NCBI GenBank assembly: GCA_951406725.2
Contig: OX597830.1
Location: 68,138,001 to 68,202,000 of the forward strand
Source of the DNA: Octopus vulgaris
Taxonomy: Eukaryota
DNA: 64,000 bases
Direction of reading: 5' to 3'
The position numbers and the translations under genes were made by a program. How positions within the stretch are numbered: the first letter of the stretch is position 1; each line of letters begins with the position of its first letter. The notes under the pieces were generated by a model. That model was not told where the DNA came from and ran no database searches. It saw nothing but the letters and a program-made list of their open reading frames with translations. This document shows, piece after piece, positions 26,203-38,921 of the stretch.

Positions 26203-26205
<3 letters not shown>
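25880..26205 (-). mobile_element. tRNA-derived SINE
   Basis: Minus strand GTCTTAGTGGCTAAGTG...CACAATCGTAAGGTTGTGAGATCGAGTC...GTGTCCTAGGACAAGATACTTTATTTCACGTTG; head like 39204. Confidence 0.75.
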
Positions 26206-26233
<28 letters not shown>

Positions 26234-26421
26234 CCATACCACACATACACACATGCGTATGCACCTACATATATACACATGTATAAGTGTATATAAAAAA
26301 GTGCGTTGAAAAATAAATGACAAGTTAAAGAGAATGCATAATCTCTACATTGTCTTTCATTTAATTTCAAATTCTGCTCTATATTCGACCAACACTTACC
26401 TCAGAAATACAATAGAAATAC

Positions 26422-27171
26422 AATAAGAGGCTTGCAAAGAAGAAAGCCTTGTGCTAGAAAGAGCAGTAGAACAACTTAAACCACCAAATAAGGATAAATT
26501 CTCGAAAGTAATGAAAATTAAAAACGTTTACGATCTCAATTATTTCCCAGACCATGGTTTCTAACTATTTCCAGCAAAAAATATTTGTTGAAGGCCAGTT
26601 TCATCAGTGGGACAGCCTTTAGATTTCAAATATACACACAGCCAGATCCACATGTAAAACTAACTGCCTGTACATCCTAACTTTTCAGACCACTGCGCAG
26701 ACGCAGATTATACCCGGCGACATTATATTTCTATGTGAATAATATATAGTCTAATGACTAATTCGTTTTTGTGCTAGGCCACTGGTAATAATAATTTCTT
26801 ATTACCCTATTGATATTTATTATGTTTATTCCTTGAGAAATTTGTTCGAAATTTTTACCGGCATCCTCTCTGTCGCCGGGTATAATCTGTGTCTGCGCAG
26901 TGATCTGGAAAGTTAGGATATACAGGCAGTTAGTTTTACATGTGGAACTGGCTGTGTGTATATTTGAAATCTAAAGGCTGTCCCACTGATAAAACTGGCC
27001 TTCAGCGAATATTTTTTTGCTGGAAATAGTTAGAAACCATGGCCTGGGAAATAATTGAGATGGTAAACGTTTTAATTTTCATTCCTTTCGAGAATTTATC
27101 TTTATTTGGTGGTTTGAGTTTTTCTACTGTTCTTTCTAGCACAAGGCTTTCCTCTTTGGAAGCCTCTTATT
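26422..27171. mobile_element. Foldback/MITE element: ~300-bp inverted arms (26422-26722 and 26871-27171) with ~150-bp spacer
   Basis: Arms are near-perfect reverse complements, e.g. GCAGATTATACCCGGCGACA / TGTCGCCGGGTATAATCTGT. Confidence 0.9.
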
Positions 27172-27289
27172 TTTTTATTTATATATATATATAAATATCC
27201 ATATATATGAAGGCATGTATATATATAATTATGTATACGTGTGTTTATATGTATGTGTGTGTGTGCATGCTTGTGTGTGCGTGTGTATG

Positions 27290-28020
27290 CTAGCTGAATG
27301 ACCGACGTTGTCTGGGTTATTGCATTTCTTATTTACATTAGTAAACAATAAATATACAAATTGTAATGTTAATAGAATTTTGAACTGAAAATCTGTCAAT
27401 GCCGAAGCACCTCAGGGTAAACAATATTCACTGTGCCATTTTTTGTTGGTGTTGAAATGAATAAATTATTGCTGCTTCCAACTCGCAAGGGAGTAACAAA
27501 GGGTTGGACGTGGGAGAAGTTTGTAGTGGAGAGATCAAGTCCAACTACTTTGAGGGATTGACTGATATTTGTTAACTGAAATACCAAAACTTAGTTTGAC
27601 TAGAAACTGAAGCCTCTTAAATTCAAATGGAACATCAGTAGGTACGAGAGGAATTTTTGGAATAAAGACATTTTCTTCTTTGTGACTACCTGTTATGATT
27701 GTTGCCTGAAGGACATGGGGCTTCTTGGAAGTAACAATTAAGTGAGTTCCATTACACAGGCTAAATGGGTCAAGATTCTTATGCAACATAATGGGAGCAC
27801 CCAGTTTTAGTGTCAAGTTATGCGGTGGCATCCCAATGGATTTAAGTGTGTTCAAAAATTCAACAAGTATTGAAGGACCTGATTTTGATCGACTGTTGTC
27901 AATTGATCAAAAAGTCATTTCTGATGTATCTGTTAACTTTGAAGAAGCTCATGTCATTAGTTGGAGCTAGTATAACTCTTTCATATAGCCAGTTTACTTC
28001 AGAGTAATTGACAGATAATT
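27290..28020 (-). mobile_element. Helitron 3' fragment (Pif1-like helicase C-terminus, terminal hairpin, CTAG)
   Basis: GMPPHNLTLKLGAPIML.KNLDP..LCNGT, FIPKIPLVPTDVPFEFKRLQF, QSLKVVGLDL...FSH.Q, NIVYPEVL; ends CCCAGACAACGTCGG-TCATTCAG-CTAG. Confidence 0.9.
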
Positions 28021-28029
28021 TATCTGTCA

Positions 28030-29148
28030 ATTAGGGAATATGCTAGGTGGGAAAGAACTTTGTGGCCATGTTCCCTCAACTTCTGGAGCATCATTAAAGC
28101 ATTGTCATGAAGAATGTTTGGCCTTGTTCTGTTGCCCTGTCTGGAACGGAGGAGTAGCAGTTTTTTGTTCATTTTGGCAATTTCATGGCAATATGTTTCT
28201 AAGTTAATGATTTTTCCGGGTTTAAAGAAATTATAGTGGATGACTCCAGCAGTGAACCACCAAACAGTCACTATAACCATTTTGAAGAGCTCGGGTTTAG
28301 GAAAGGTTTTAGGTACTCCATATTACTCCGACCACTGCAAAGAACTTATTTTATAATTGTACAGAATCTACTTTTCATCACAAGTTACAATATGGTTGAG
28401 AAATGGTTCGGTCTGGTTACGGAGAAGAAACAACGAACAAATTTCATATCTGTACATTTTCTGATATTCATTCAAATCGTGTGGTACTCATTTGTCGAGC
28501 TTTATTGATTTTTCGATTGCATACAAATGGTTTCAAACAGTTTTCTGGTTAACGTGAAGTTCACGTGCTAGTTCTCAAGTCGTTGTACAGGGATCTTTCT
28601 CAATGACGGTCTTTAATTTACCGTAATCGATGACAGATGGGCTACGCTCACAATCTTCAAGGCCCTAGTCTCCACTGCAAAATCGTTTAAACTATTTTCG
28701 AGATGACCACTCAACAAATGCTTCGTTGATATCACAAGCAGTTTCAGCTGCTTTGCATCCAATTTTGAAGTTGAATAGCAAACTTGCTTGAATATCGCGC
28801 ATTGACAACTCCATTTCAGATGATTCTGACAATGGCTAAAGAAATAACAATGTTAATTTACCGTTGCATTTGGGCAAGTCTATGTCTATATTATCATACA
28901 ATTGCAATAAAGTGCTTTAAATAATTCAAAACTCTGAAAAAATCCAGTACAAATTCTTCATGATTCAAAATGTTGCTTACTTTTTACGCAAAATGAACAA
29001 AAAACTGCTACTACTCCGTTCCAGACAAGGCAACAGAAGAGAGCCAATCATTCTTCGTGACAATGCTCGGCCATAGGTTTCACTAATGATGCTCCAGAAG
29101 TTGAGGAAACTTGGCTACAAAGTTCTTCTCCACCTAGCATATTCCCCA
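28030..29148 (-). mobile_element. Degraded mariner transposon with a local inverted duplication (28991-29148, + strand)
   Basis: VTVWWFTAGVIHYNFFKPGK, ILHDNA, CDEK.ILYNN; same family as 20565-21660. Confidence 0.88.
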
Positions 29149-30058
29149 GTTTAATTCAAATTTCCTACAGTCCTCAAGGTACCTCTTTCTTTTTATATTT
29201 TCATTGTTATAATATTTCTAACTTAGACAAAGGGAAAAGTGAAGTACCTATGGTCTTTAAAGGATTTCTGAAACAGGTGGTGGTTAGAGATTAAAAAGCT
29301 ACAAGTCATGTGTTGTCTTTATTTCTACTACTTTGATTCATGTAAATAATATGACTGAATCCCAAGAATCAACAAAAACAAATAAGGCTCCTGAGATAAT
29401 GCTCGTAGAACCAGGCTCCTGCTGTATTTAGCAAGAGTTCTCTGCTATATAACCACATACTCCTTTAATCTCTTAGAAATAGTAAATCTAGACAAACGAA
29501 TTAATTTTTGAGTTATGTCCATTGCACACAAATTCTAAGCAGAACCAGAAACTAGATCCAATGTCAAACAAGTGACCAAGATGATTGATAATATTTGAGA
29601 AGAGACGGGACACTGCCAAACTGATGTGTTTATTCTTGATAACTAAGGAAACTGAGGCTATGTAGAATATGGTATTTTTCCCAGAAACAATGAAATACCT
29701 GAAGTAGAATAGAACTCATTCTCTAAGGTCTGGTAATCTAACACCTTATTCACTCAATCATTTTTACTTTTTCACTTCAAGTAAAATAGAAAAGCAACAC
29801 ACACACAAAAACCAAAAACCTTGAATAAATTATATTAATTCCTTTATCACAAAATGAGCATTGTAACATGAATGGAAATTATAAGGGTCTTTTCTTGATT
29901 CCTTGATGTAATCTAATGTTTAAATGTTAAAACTTAATAATTAATATTAAACATTCAAACATTAACAGTAAAATGTTATAAATCAATATTTAATGTTAAT
30001 ATGGAGAAAAGATTAGATAAAAAGTTAAAAAAAGAAAATAACTGAAACAAAAATTTAC

Positions 30059-30222
30059 CTCCTTATTCACTAGGGATTCTTTGTTTTGTACACAGTTCCA
30101 CCGTGCAATACCAAAGGTTTTCACTTTTTTCATGTCAGCCACTTTATTTTCATTATCAGATATAGCTTCCCCAATATATTTCACAACTCCACTATGTAAA
30201 CCTTCACTTATGATCCAGGCAT
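30059..30222 (-). CDS. TRPM: TRPM-like module A exon 4 (DAWIISEGLHSGVVKYIGEA...GIARWNCVQNKESLVNKE)
   Basis: 164 nt, phase 1 to 0, ttgttttgcag acceptor, GAG|gtaaat donor; matches AWIITGG.HTGVMK.VGEA and IGIA.WG.V.N. Confidence 0.96.
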
Positions 30223-31949
30223 CTGCAAAACAAGAGATCAATAATTATATTCAAACATTGATTTCTTATTCTAAAACTACAGTATGTTTTTGGACAAAAT
30301 ACCCTATGGCATTTTCTTATATTCCGTCACATTCAGGCTTCACACAAAAAGGCTGAATTTTCTCTTTGTCCGTGTAAGCTTGATGAAATATGCACCAGTC
30401 ATTAACTGGGGTTAATCTAATCATTGATATATTCCTCATTATGGAAGTAAGGATATGATATACTGAATCAATCTAGAACTCAATTATCGATTTTCTAATC
30501 AGTCCTTGACAAAACATGTAAAACAGAAATACAACCCAAGCAGAATTTGAACTCATAACTGAAAGAAACAAAAACCTAAATACAACAATATGCTTATTCA
30601 GCCTTTTTCAGATATAGTCATCAGCACCCAGCATATTTTATTCTATATTGATAACTGGAGATAAGATGAGATGGTCATTGCTGGAATGATTTTGAACATA
30701 GGTCTGTTGAATTAAGCTTGACCTCGGTTTCAACAGCAACAAACAGCTCAGCTAGAAAACGTTTATAACAAGTCAAAATGAATTATTATTACAAGAAGAG
30801 ATAAATCCTTTGGAATTACAAATAAAATAGATTCAGCTGCTAGTATTTTTGTAGATAAATCCTATGCAAGTATGGAATAAGATATATCTCAGCATGGATC
30901 TGAGAATACTGAGAGAATTCCCTTCCCAGCCGTGTTAGTTGAGGAGAGGTGGCCCTGAGGAGGAAGGACTCAAGCAAGAAGGATGTAGCCAATAACTTTA
31001 AGTGCTCACAGAGTGATTGATGCTAGTGACAGATAGTGTATTAGGAATACTCAGATTTGTGCAATTCTTGAGGGATCGATCCTAAACATCCTCTGCCTCA
31101 TACATCATAGAGAGTGTAAGGTATAGATCCGAATTTTTATTTCAGTCAGAGAAGAAACAGAGTGACATACCAAGCTGAGTGATGGATGAGGTCTGCCAAT
31201 CTCAATCACAAATCTTTGGTTATCCCATAGGTATAATCAAAGACAGTTACCCAAGGTGTTACAAATTGGGGCGGAACCGGAAAATGCATAATTGCAAAAT
31301 GAAATCAATAAACTCACAACCATATTATTCCAGGATACTGATAAATTTGATTGGGTTTGATTATTGTTACTTGGAAATTGTATTGTTCAATAATCAAAAG
31401 AAATGGTCATCTATTGAAACCCTTTTACACTGTGTGCTTGGTCGGTCGAGAATCTCCCCTTTTGTCCCTTCTATATATTTTACTATGGAAATCATTGCTG
31501 TGGAACTTAGAAATGCTGGATTTGGGACACATATATTTCCAACTTGACATCTATTACATGGATTACCTGGATGTGCCATCATGAACTCAGGTAAGTAATA
31601 ACTGCTTATGCAGATCACTACTTTTGAATTTACTGTTTGAGAAACTTCGTTCTTTGAGTGATATATGTTTTCATAGAATTCATTTATTCTTTCTAATATT
31701 TGTACAACTTCTGTCAGCTGTTTTCCATCGTTATATTTTAATGATTGTGTTGCGTCCCATACTCAACTTTAGTTTACTTTTTTAAACATTTTTGGTTTCA
31801 GTTATTTCTTTAGTCGTCTCCATATTTTACTTTCTTTTGTTTTCTCTAATTATTTTCTTTACTATACAGAACGCTTCCCTTTCCCCCCCCCCCCATCCCT
31901 ACCTAGTGTCTATCTTCTACTGAATGAATTGATTATATAGCGAATAAAA

Positions 31950-32603
31950 TGAGTTAGTGAATGCAGGTTGAAGACGATTGTATGTTTACGAGATCTTTCA
32001 AATGCTTCCTTTTCAGATGCAAAATGCTACTGTCCCCCATCCCAGGGTCTCGCTGTCCCACACCTCTCACACCTTCAGAGTTGGCACACTTAATGTTGGT
32101 ACATTCAAAGGTAGGTCTGGTGAAATTGTTGTGATTCTTGAACGGAGACGTGTTGATTTGTGCTGTATCCAAGAAGTAAGGTGAAGAGGAAGTTCTGTTA
32201 GGTTCCTCACAGGCAAAGAACACAAGTATAAGATTTTCTGAGTAGCAAACGCTGATGGAGTTGACTGTACTCCTTACAGAGAAATGGGTTGATAAGGTAA
32301 TCGAGGTAGTCAAAAGTCTGTGATAGAATACTTAAGCTTAGACTAGTTCTGCAACGTGGATTGGCAACCATTATCTTGCATATGCTCCTCAGCCAGGGCT
32401 ACCTGATGAACAGAAAGACCGATTTTATGACACCCTCTTATAGACTATCTTGTTGATGAATGACAGGAACCTTGTCTTTGTTGTTGGTGACTTCAACAAT
32501 CATATTGGACAACATCCAGGGGATTCCATGGTGTAGATGGTGGCTCTGGATTTGGTTCCCGCAATGGGGAGGAAACCAAGCTGCTGGAGTTGTGTGATGC
32601 AAC
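31950..32603 (+). mobile_element. RTE LINE 5' part (APE endonuclease), degraded
   Basis: RVGTLNVGTFKGRSGEIV..LERRRVDLCCIQEVR, AYAPQPGL, GDFN.HIG, G.RNGE..KLLELCD. Confidence 0.85.
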
Positions 32604-34029
32604 AGAAGATAGTTCAAGGATGGGCCTTTCTTCCCACATTTGTAACCCATCTTAACTTTCCTAAGTGTCATTGTTATGAGTATTAGTGCAATTACAAAAA
32701 CTAACGGTGAGAACGAGTCACCTTGGAAGATTCTCTTTTTAATATTAACTTCTCCAAGGAATACATTACTTGAGTACAATTTGGTTTACCAATCTTTTAT
32801 GCTATGCATAAAGAAATTTGTGATGTTGTCAGCAATACTAAACACCTGCAGGCATTCAATGGTCCAAGAATGAGGCACCATATCATATGCCTTCCTGAAG
32901 TCAATCTAAGCCATATACATGTTTGTATGTTGCTTTTTACAATACTTCAAAACTGTTTTATCTATGATTAGGTGATCCTTGCTACCCTGAGAACTCTTCC
33001 TACATCCTTTTTGTTCCTTTGGTTGTATTTCTTTCTGTGCCAGGAAAGTGTATGTCTTTGCCACACATATTCCAGTGAGTATCTTCCAGATTATCCTTAG
33101 GCATACTATGGGTCGGTAGTTTCCCACAATATTCCCCTTCTATTTTTTATTATAAGTGTTGTCCTCCCAGTCACCATCCACACAGGGACTGTACCTTTCT
33201 GGACACACTCATTCAATTGGTCTGCTAGTCTTTCATGCACGGCGTGGCATCTCTTCAACCAGAAGCCATGAATCCCATCTGGTCCGGAGGCTTTCCAGTT
33301 AGGCACTTTACCCACTTTGTGCTTATGACAATATTCCTTTGTTTCTTTCCTCCTTGATATTTCCTATCCATATTGCATCCCTTTTATGCACCACATCATT
33401 TCCCCATAATCCGCTCCAGAACTCCTTGGCTTGATTTGCATCAGGAACAACATTTTCACCATTGTCTCCTTCTAACATTCGGAAGAATTGCTTCTAGTTA
33501 TTTTTGAACAATATGTTCCCCTCTAACTGCTTATTCCTGTTCATTGCTTATTCTAACGGCTTATTCCTTATTTCTGATCTTTGGATTTTTGCCATGATCC
33601 TCTGTTTTAACTGCTCTATTACTGCATCAAACCCGTTCTTCCATATTTTATATTTCTTCTCTAATTTTTCTCGGTCTTTCTTTTTCCCATTTTTCTAGTT
33701 TCCTCTTAACCATTGCTCAATTTTCCCTAGATCTTGCCTTGCCCACATTATGTCCCTTTTAAAGCGTCGTTTCCAATATGGTTCTTTTGCTCCACCATTT
33801 TTTGCTTAAGAAAGCTGTAATTTCTCCTCAACAAGTAGTGCAATAGCTCGGAGAAGATTCCTTGTTTGTGTTATGTCCTCCATCTGGATGGATGGTATGA
33901 CAGTATTTATCTTTTGTGTTACTTTATTTATCATACTCCTATCTACCCTTCTCATATTCATGGGGATTTTTTTTCTGGAGCATTCATCAACTCGGTGAGA
34001 CGTCTTTGAATTTCAAGCAATTCATTATC

Positions 34030-34034
<5 letters not shown>
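32604..34034 (-). mobile_element. Dong/R4-type LINE RT region (distal part of an element split by the CR1 insertion)
   Basis: WKASGPDGIHGFWLK, NYRPIVCL..IWKILTGI, EQKGCRKSSQGSKDHLIIDK, IFQGDSFSPLVF. Confidence 0.88.
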
Positions 34035-34063
<29 letters not shown>

Positions 34064-34118
34064 ATTTGGCTCAAAAGCAAATAGCAAGGCCATGTAGGGG
34101 GACATGGAGTTAAGTACA

Positions 34119-37016
34119 GGGTGGTGTTCATGTAAAGAGTTCAGGCCACTTGAGGTCCAGGGAGGCTTTGAACCGAGCGGTCGTCGGCATCTTCACCGTC
34201 TCGTCTGGCAGCTTGTTTCACGGATCCGCAACCCGGACGGAGAAAGCTCCTCTCCTTCGATTGAGATGAAATCGTCGCAAGTAGAGCTTTTCGGAATGAC
34301 CCCGCAGCCGACGCTCTGGAGCAGGAGTGAAGAACAGCTCTTTCGAGAGGTTACACTTTCCGCTTATGATGTTGTGGGTGAGAATGAGATCACCATGGCG
34401 GCGGCGTTTTTCAAGAGAATAAAGGTCGAGCGTCGTCAGCCTTTCTTCGTAGGACAAATTTTTGAGACCATGAACCATGCGGGTAGCCAACTTCTGGACT
34501 CTTTCCAGATGTTGTATGTCTTTGAGGAGATAAGGAGAAGAGGCTTGAATCCCATACTCCAATATGGGTCTCACCAGTGTGTCATAGAGTGGTAGGAATA
34601 TGGCTGCTGTGAGCATTCCGAATGACCGTCGAATCAAGAACAGAATTCCGCGTGCTTTGTTGGCAGCATGGACGCACTGGGCTGAAGGCGAAAAGGAGGA
34701 ATTCACCAAGATACCCAGGTCCTTTACCTGATCGGTCCTCTCCAGCAGCAGACGACCCGGCTCGAAATCAAGTTGAGTTGCAGGAGTAGAGCCGACAGGC
34801 AGATGACAGCACTTTGACACGTTCAGACACAGGTCCCAATCGTTAGACCACTTCCAAATTTGGTGGAGGCATCGACGAAGATCCTCTATATTACCGCGAG
34901 GAGCGACCAGTTTGATATCGTCGGCAAATAGAAGGGTGTGTTGCGTGAGGTCGTCGGGCAAGTCATTTATGAAGACTAAGAACAACAAGGGCCCAAGCAC
35001 TGAACCTTGAGGCACGCCACTGCTCGCACTGGAGACGTCGGACCGCGAACCATTAACTTGGACTTGGAAGGAGCGATCTGAGAGGAAGGCACCAACCCAT
35101 CGTACAATATCCGGATGGAAACTATATGCTTGAAGCTTGACAAGTAATAGGCGGTGGTTTACCGAGTCAAAGGCTTTGGCAAAGTCCAATAAAACGATGT
35201 CAACAGCATCACTATCATCGAGGATGCGCGTCACCAATTCTTCCATTACTAGTAGGTTGGTCAAGCATGATCTCTTCGGCACGAAGCCGTGTTGGGAATC
35301 GGAGATAGAGGCTGTGTTTAGGAGGTGGAGCATCATACTTTTCTTAAGGATGGTTTCGCACATCTTGCTGATTATTGATGTAAGGGAAACCGGTCGGTAG
35401 TTAAGCGGGTCTTCGCGGCTCCCTTTCTTGAAAATTGGGCAGATTATCGCTGTTCTCCAGTCTGCAGGTATAACACCCGTCGCCAATGACATATTGAAAA
35501 GTCGTGTTAAGGGCTCGCAGATGACCGGAGCCAACGCTTTGATAACCCGTGGGTGTATGCCGTCAGGGCCGTGACCCTTGTTGACATCGAGGCCTTGAAT
35601 AACACGCTTGACTTCGTCCCGCGTGATGACCAATCGAAGCATTGGAGGTACCGATCTAACAAATGGAGGGGGTTCACGACCATCATCTTGTTTGAAAATA
35701 GTTGAAAAAGCCTCGGCAAATAACTGACTCTATTGATAAGGGTCCTCAATCGATACGCCTGTTGAGTCTACCAACGTTGCAATCTGGTTGTTCAATCGGG
35801 AATTCCGCTGGACATGAGCAAAGAAGGTTTTGGGATTGCTACTGGCATTTGCCGCGATTTTGTATTCATAACTGAAGCGTTCTTTCTTTTCAATTTTCAC
35901 GGCTCGGTCTCGTTGAGTTTTGTACACCTCAAAAGCTGCAGTCGAATCCAGATTTTTGAATTCAGCCCAAGCAATATCTCTGAGTCGACGTTCTCGTTTA
36001 ACCTTCTTCGTCACCCAGGGCTTGTGTTTCTTCCTCTTGGAAAGCCCAACGGGAACTGCCTGGTCAGTCAAACAGATTACATATGCTTTGAGGGATGACC
36101 ATAGTTCGTCAACTGAGGACAACGTCATCAGGGATCGCCAGTCCAGAAGCGCGGAAGCCTCGGTTAGAATTTCAAGATTAATTGCAGAGAAAACTCTACT
36201 CGGCAGCGAAGTAGTCGTGGGCGTAGAAAAAGTTGTGTGCATGACGAACTTCAGGACCGCATGATCACTCTTGGCAAGAGGGGCGCACACAGATACGTCT
36301 GACACTGATCTTGGATAGCGGGAGAATACCAGATCTAGCATAGATGGCTGCTGCCCAGACCGATGCCTTGTCGGATATTCAACATGTTGCGATAGAAAAC
36401 AATCTTCAGCCACGTCAAGAAGGGCCTGGCCGAACCGGGAAGATGTTGTACAAATTGATGCGGGCCAGTCAATTGTGGGAGCGTTGAAGTCTCCTAGTAC
36501 CAAACAGTCATGCGAAGCTGAAACGAATCTTATCGCCTCGAGTAAATGAGCATCGTCCTGGGGGTCGGCAAGAGGCGGCCTGTAGACAGCCAACACGGGC
36601 AGGCAAAACTCAGATAGGCTCAGCTTGCAATAGACGGCATCGAATTTTGTTGTAGGTTGCGCATTAGTGGGTAGAATACCGCTGGACGGTTTGTGCTCAG
36701 ACTTAACATACACAGCAACACCTCCACCTCGCCTTTTTCCTCTGTCACATCTGAAAAGGACGTAGCCCTGCAGGTGGATTTCTGAGTCCTTTACTGCTGG
36801 AGTCAGCCAAGTCTCGGTGATAGCTATCACATCTGGGGAGTCACGTATGGCCAGTGTAAATAGTTCACTGAACTTTGGGAATAAGGAGCACGAGCTGGTG
36901 TAGACGATGCTGAGCTGTGAAGTCTGAGGGGCGGGAGTTGGGGAACAAGCAGAATAAGGGGCATCAGAGATAGCATCGTTGACGGGGGTATCAACTTCAC
37001 TTCGATTTTCCCTCAC
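34119..37016 (-). pseudogene. CR1 ORF2 (APE + RT) interrupted by only two in-frame nonsense codons
   Basis: APE: ITETWL, RGGGVAVYV, GDFN, LDLVF, SDH. RT: GPDGIHP, NYRPVSLTS, QHGF, DFAKAFD, SGVPQGSVLGP, LFADD. TAG at 35730-35732 is in frame with the RT; TGA at 34218-34220 replaces W in DP*NKLP. Confidence 0.92.
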
Positions 37017-38179
37017 ATCACTTTCCCTGTCAGCACTACAGCATGGGACCAGAGGTAGGACTTGATTATCTGTCCATCTTGGATTCGTAAACCCTTCTCT
37101 CCCATTTGTTTCCTCATCTTTAGCTCGGATATTAGATTTCTCCAGCGAATTCTCTCTCTTAGTGAGTATTCCTCGCGAAAACCCATATTGGGGTCCTCCC
37201 AGGCATGCGTCTGAGCTCTGTTCAGAAAGACTGAAGCCTCCCGATCGGAGGAAAAGATTACCCTTATTGGGCGTGGTCTAGTATCTGAGGTTGGGTTCGC
37301 TTGGAATCTTCCTAGCCGAGCGACCTTGTGGACACTGACATTTTCGTTCACAGAGAACAATTCTCCAACTAAAATGGAAACAAAATTAATGTCATCTTTT
37401 AGGCGGTTTATGCCTGTATCACAGGTGGATTCAGCTATACCGTAAATTATTGCTGATCTTGAGTGGGCAAAATGTTCTCTACTATGAGCTGCAGTATTCG
37501 ATTCTTCATTGGAAGATTTCGAAAGGGTGGTTTCATAGACATCGGACTTATGTCGGCCTGTGGGGTCGATCGGAATGGGTTTAGTGGTCATAATTTTCCC
37601 GCCTGGTTTCGAACTGCACTGCCTCTTCTTCGGTTTGGGGGAGCACCACTGCCCAGATGAACTCACATCAAGATCGTTCAGAATTGGTTGAGCAATGGCA
37701 TTAATCGGAAGGACAGGTGAGGGAGAATCCAAACAGATTTTATCGTGATCAGGTTTCATAGCTAAATCTGCCCCACTGGAGATTTGACTACGTTTCTTCT
37801 TTTGGGGAGAACAACGGTCTTCAGGTGGGTTTGAGTCTACGCTCCTCAAATTAGGTTGGGGAACCTCCGGGACCGAAAAGGCAGGTGAGGAAGAATCCGC
37901 ACAGGAACGATCATGTGCAGAAACCACCGCCGGTTCCTTCTCTTTTGGCCGCTTCGATTTTGTTCCCTTCGGTTTGGACGTCTCCAGGGAAGAAATCAAG
38001 GGTGACTCTGCGTCAACAGGAGACCGTTTATTCAGTAAAAGAGCAACAACAGACTTTAGGTGCTCGACCTCTTGTTTGAGCAACAGCAACTGCTCGTTGA
38101 GGTGACTATTGGTAGGACCATCATCTTGATGAGAAGCCCTTCTTGCAGATCTCAGTTTCGATCCGTAGGTAGCTGACAT
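37013..38179 (-). CDS. CR1 LINE ORF1 protein (388 aa)
   Basis: Intact ATG ORF; coiled-coil N-terminus; AIIYGIAES, RLGRF...RPRPIRVIF and R..GEKGLRI motifs typical of CR1/L2 ORF1. Confidence 0.85.
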   Translation of the reverse strand: MSATYGSKLRSARRASHQDDGPTNSHLNEQLLLLKQEVEHLKSVVALLLNKRSPVDAESPLISSLETSKPKGTKSKRPKEKEPAVVSAHDRSCADSSSPAFSVPEVPQPNLRSVDSNPPEDRCSPQKKKRSQISSGADLAMKPDHDKICLDSPSPVLPINAIAQPILNDLDVSSSGQWCSPKPKKRQCSSKPGGKIMTTKPIPIDPTGRHKSDVYETTLSKSSNEESNTAAHSREHFAHSRSAIIYGIAESTCDTGINRLKDDINFVSILVGELFSVNENVSVHKVARLGRFQANPTSDTRPRPIRVIFSSDREASVFLNRAQTHAWEDPNMGFREEYSLRERIRWRNLISELKMRKQMGEKGLRIQDGQIIKSYLWSHAVVLTGKVM

Positions 38180-38554
38180 GATGGATGGTTGACTAAAAAC
38201 AATCTTCTATGGGCTCTAGGACAAATCGGAGTTAAATCAGGAACAAAAAACAGGTGCAATCCTTGTAGGAGTAGGCAACAGCAGACAAAATCTGAGAGAG
38301 TTTGGGCTGAGCCGAATCACAATCCAAGATTGAAAGCAGACGGTGCAACGAGTCGGGAACCCTTCCTAATTGTCTGAAGCAGCTTTAGGATAAGGGATAG
38401 TATGTCCAACTTTAGAATATTGATATGCATGTAAAATGTTCCACACGATTAAATATCATTTGACGTGCCATTTAGTACTTCAATAATTGCATCTGCGCAT
38501 GTTTGTATATGTGTGAATAATGTGTTTATGTGCGAGAAGGCACATGTTTTTGTC

Positions 38555-38830
38555 TATCTAGTTGGATCATTTCCCTTGCATGTCCACCCACTGCAATATC
38601 AGAGTTCACTGCATAATGTTCCTGTTCCTCATCTTTAACAGCCCCATCACTATTCCCCTCTTCTTCCTGTCTACTCTTCTCCCTGCTTTCATCTCCTACC
38701 TCTCTATTTTCAACTGCAGCCAACGTTTATAGCTCATTCGCAGGGTCTCTCAGATTCTCACTAATCTGAGATATTTCTACTCCAGATAAGTAACCTTTCC
38801 TCCTAATAACTCTCACACGGTTCATTAGTT
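38555..38830 (-). mobile_element. 5' part of the Dong/R4-type LINE split by the CR1 insertion
   Basis: LMNRVRVIRRKGYLSGVEI; removing the CR1 and one TSD copy restores the frame EMIQLDNELLEIQRR. Confidence 0.7.
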
Positions 38831-38848
38831 TATTATTATTATTATTAT

Positions 38849-38907
<59 letters not shown>

Positions 38908-38921
38908 TAATTATTATTATA
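38831..38921. repeat. (ATT)n/(AGT)n compound microsatellite
   Basis: Direct reading. Confidence 0.95.

Larger units (their letters stand above)
34035..38554 (-). mobile_element. Full-length CR1-clade LINE (~4.5 kb) with (TAAC)n tail and 9-bp TSD TATCTAGTT
   Basis: TSD at 34026-34034 and 38555-38563; ORF1 plus APE-RT ORF2; tail (AGTT)n on the plus strand. Confidence 0.95.

Noticed and set aside
34218-34220. In-frame TGA in CR1 ORF2 as possible selenocysteine or readthrough
   Set aside because: The position corresponds to a conserved Trp (WNKLP); a simple TGG-to-TGA mutation explains it
34104-36264. Several plus-strand ORFs of 87-163 aa
   Set aside because: Antisense shadows of the CR1 ORF2
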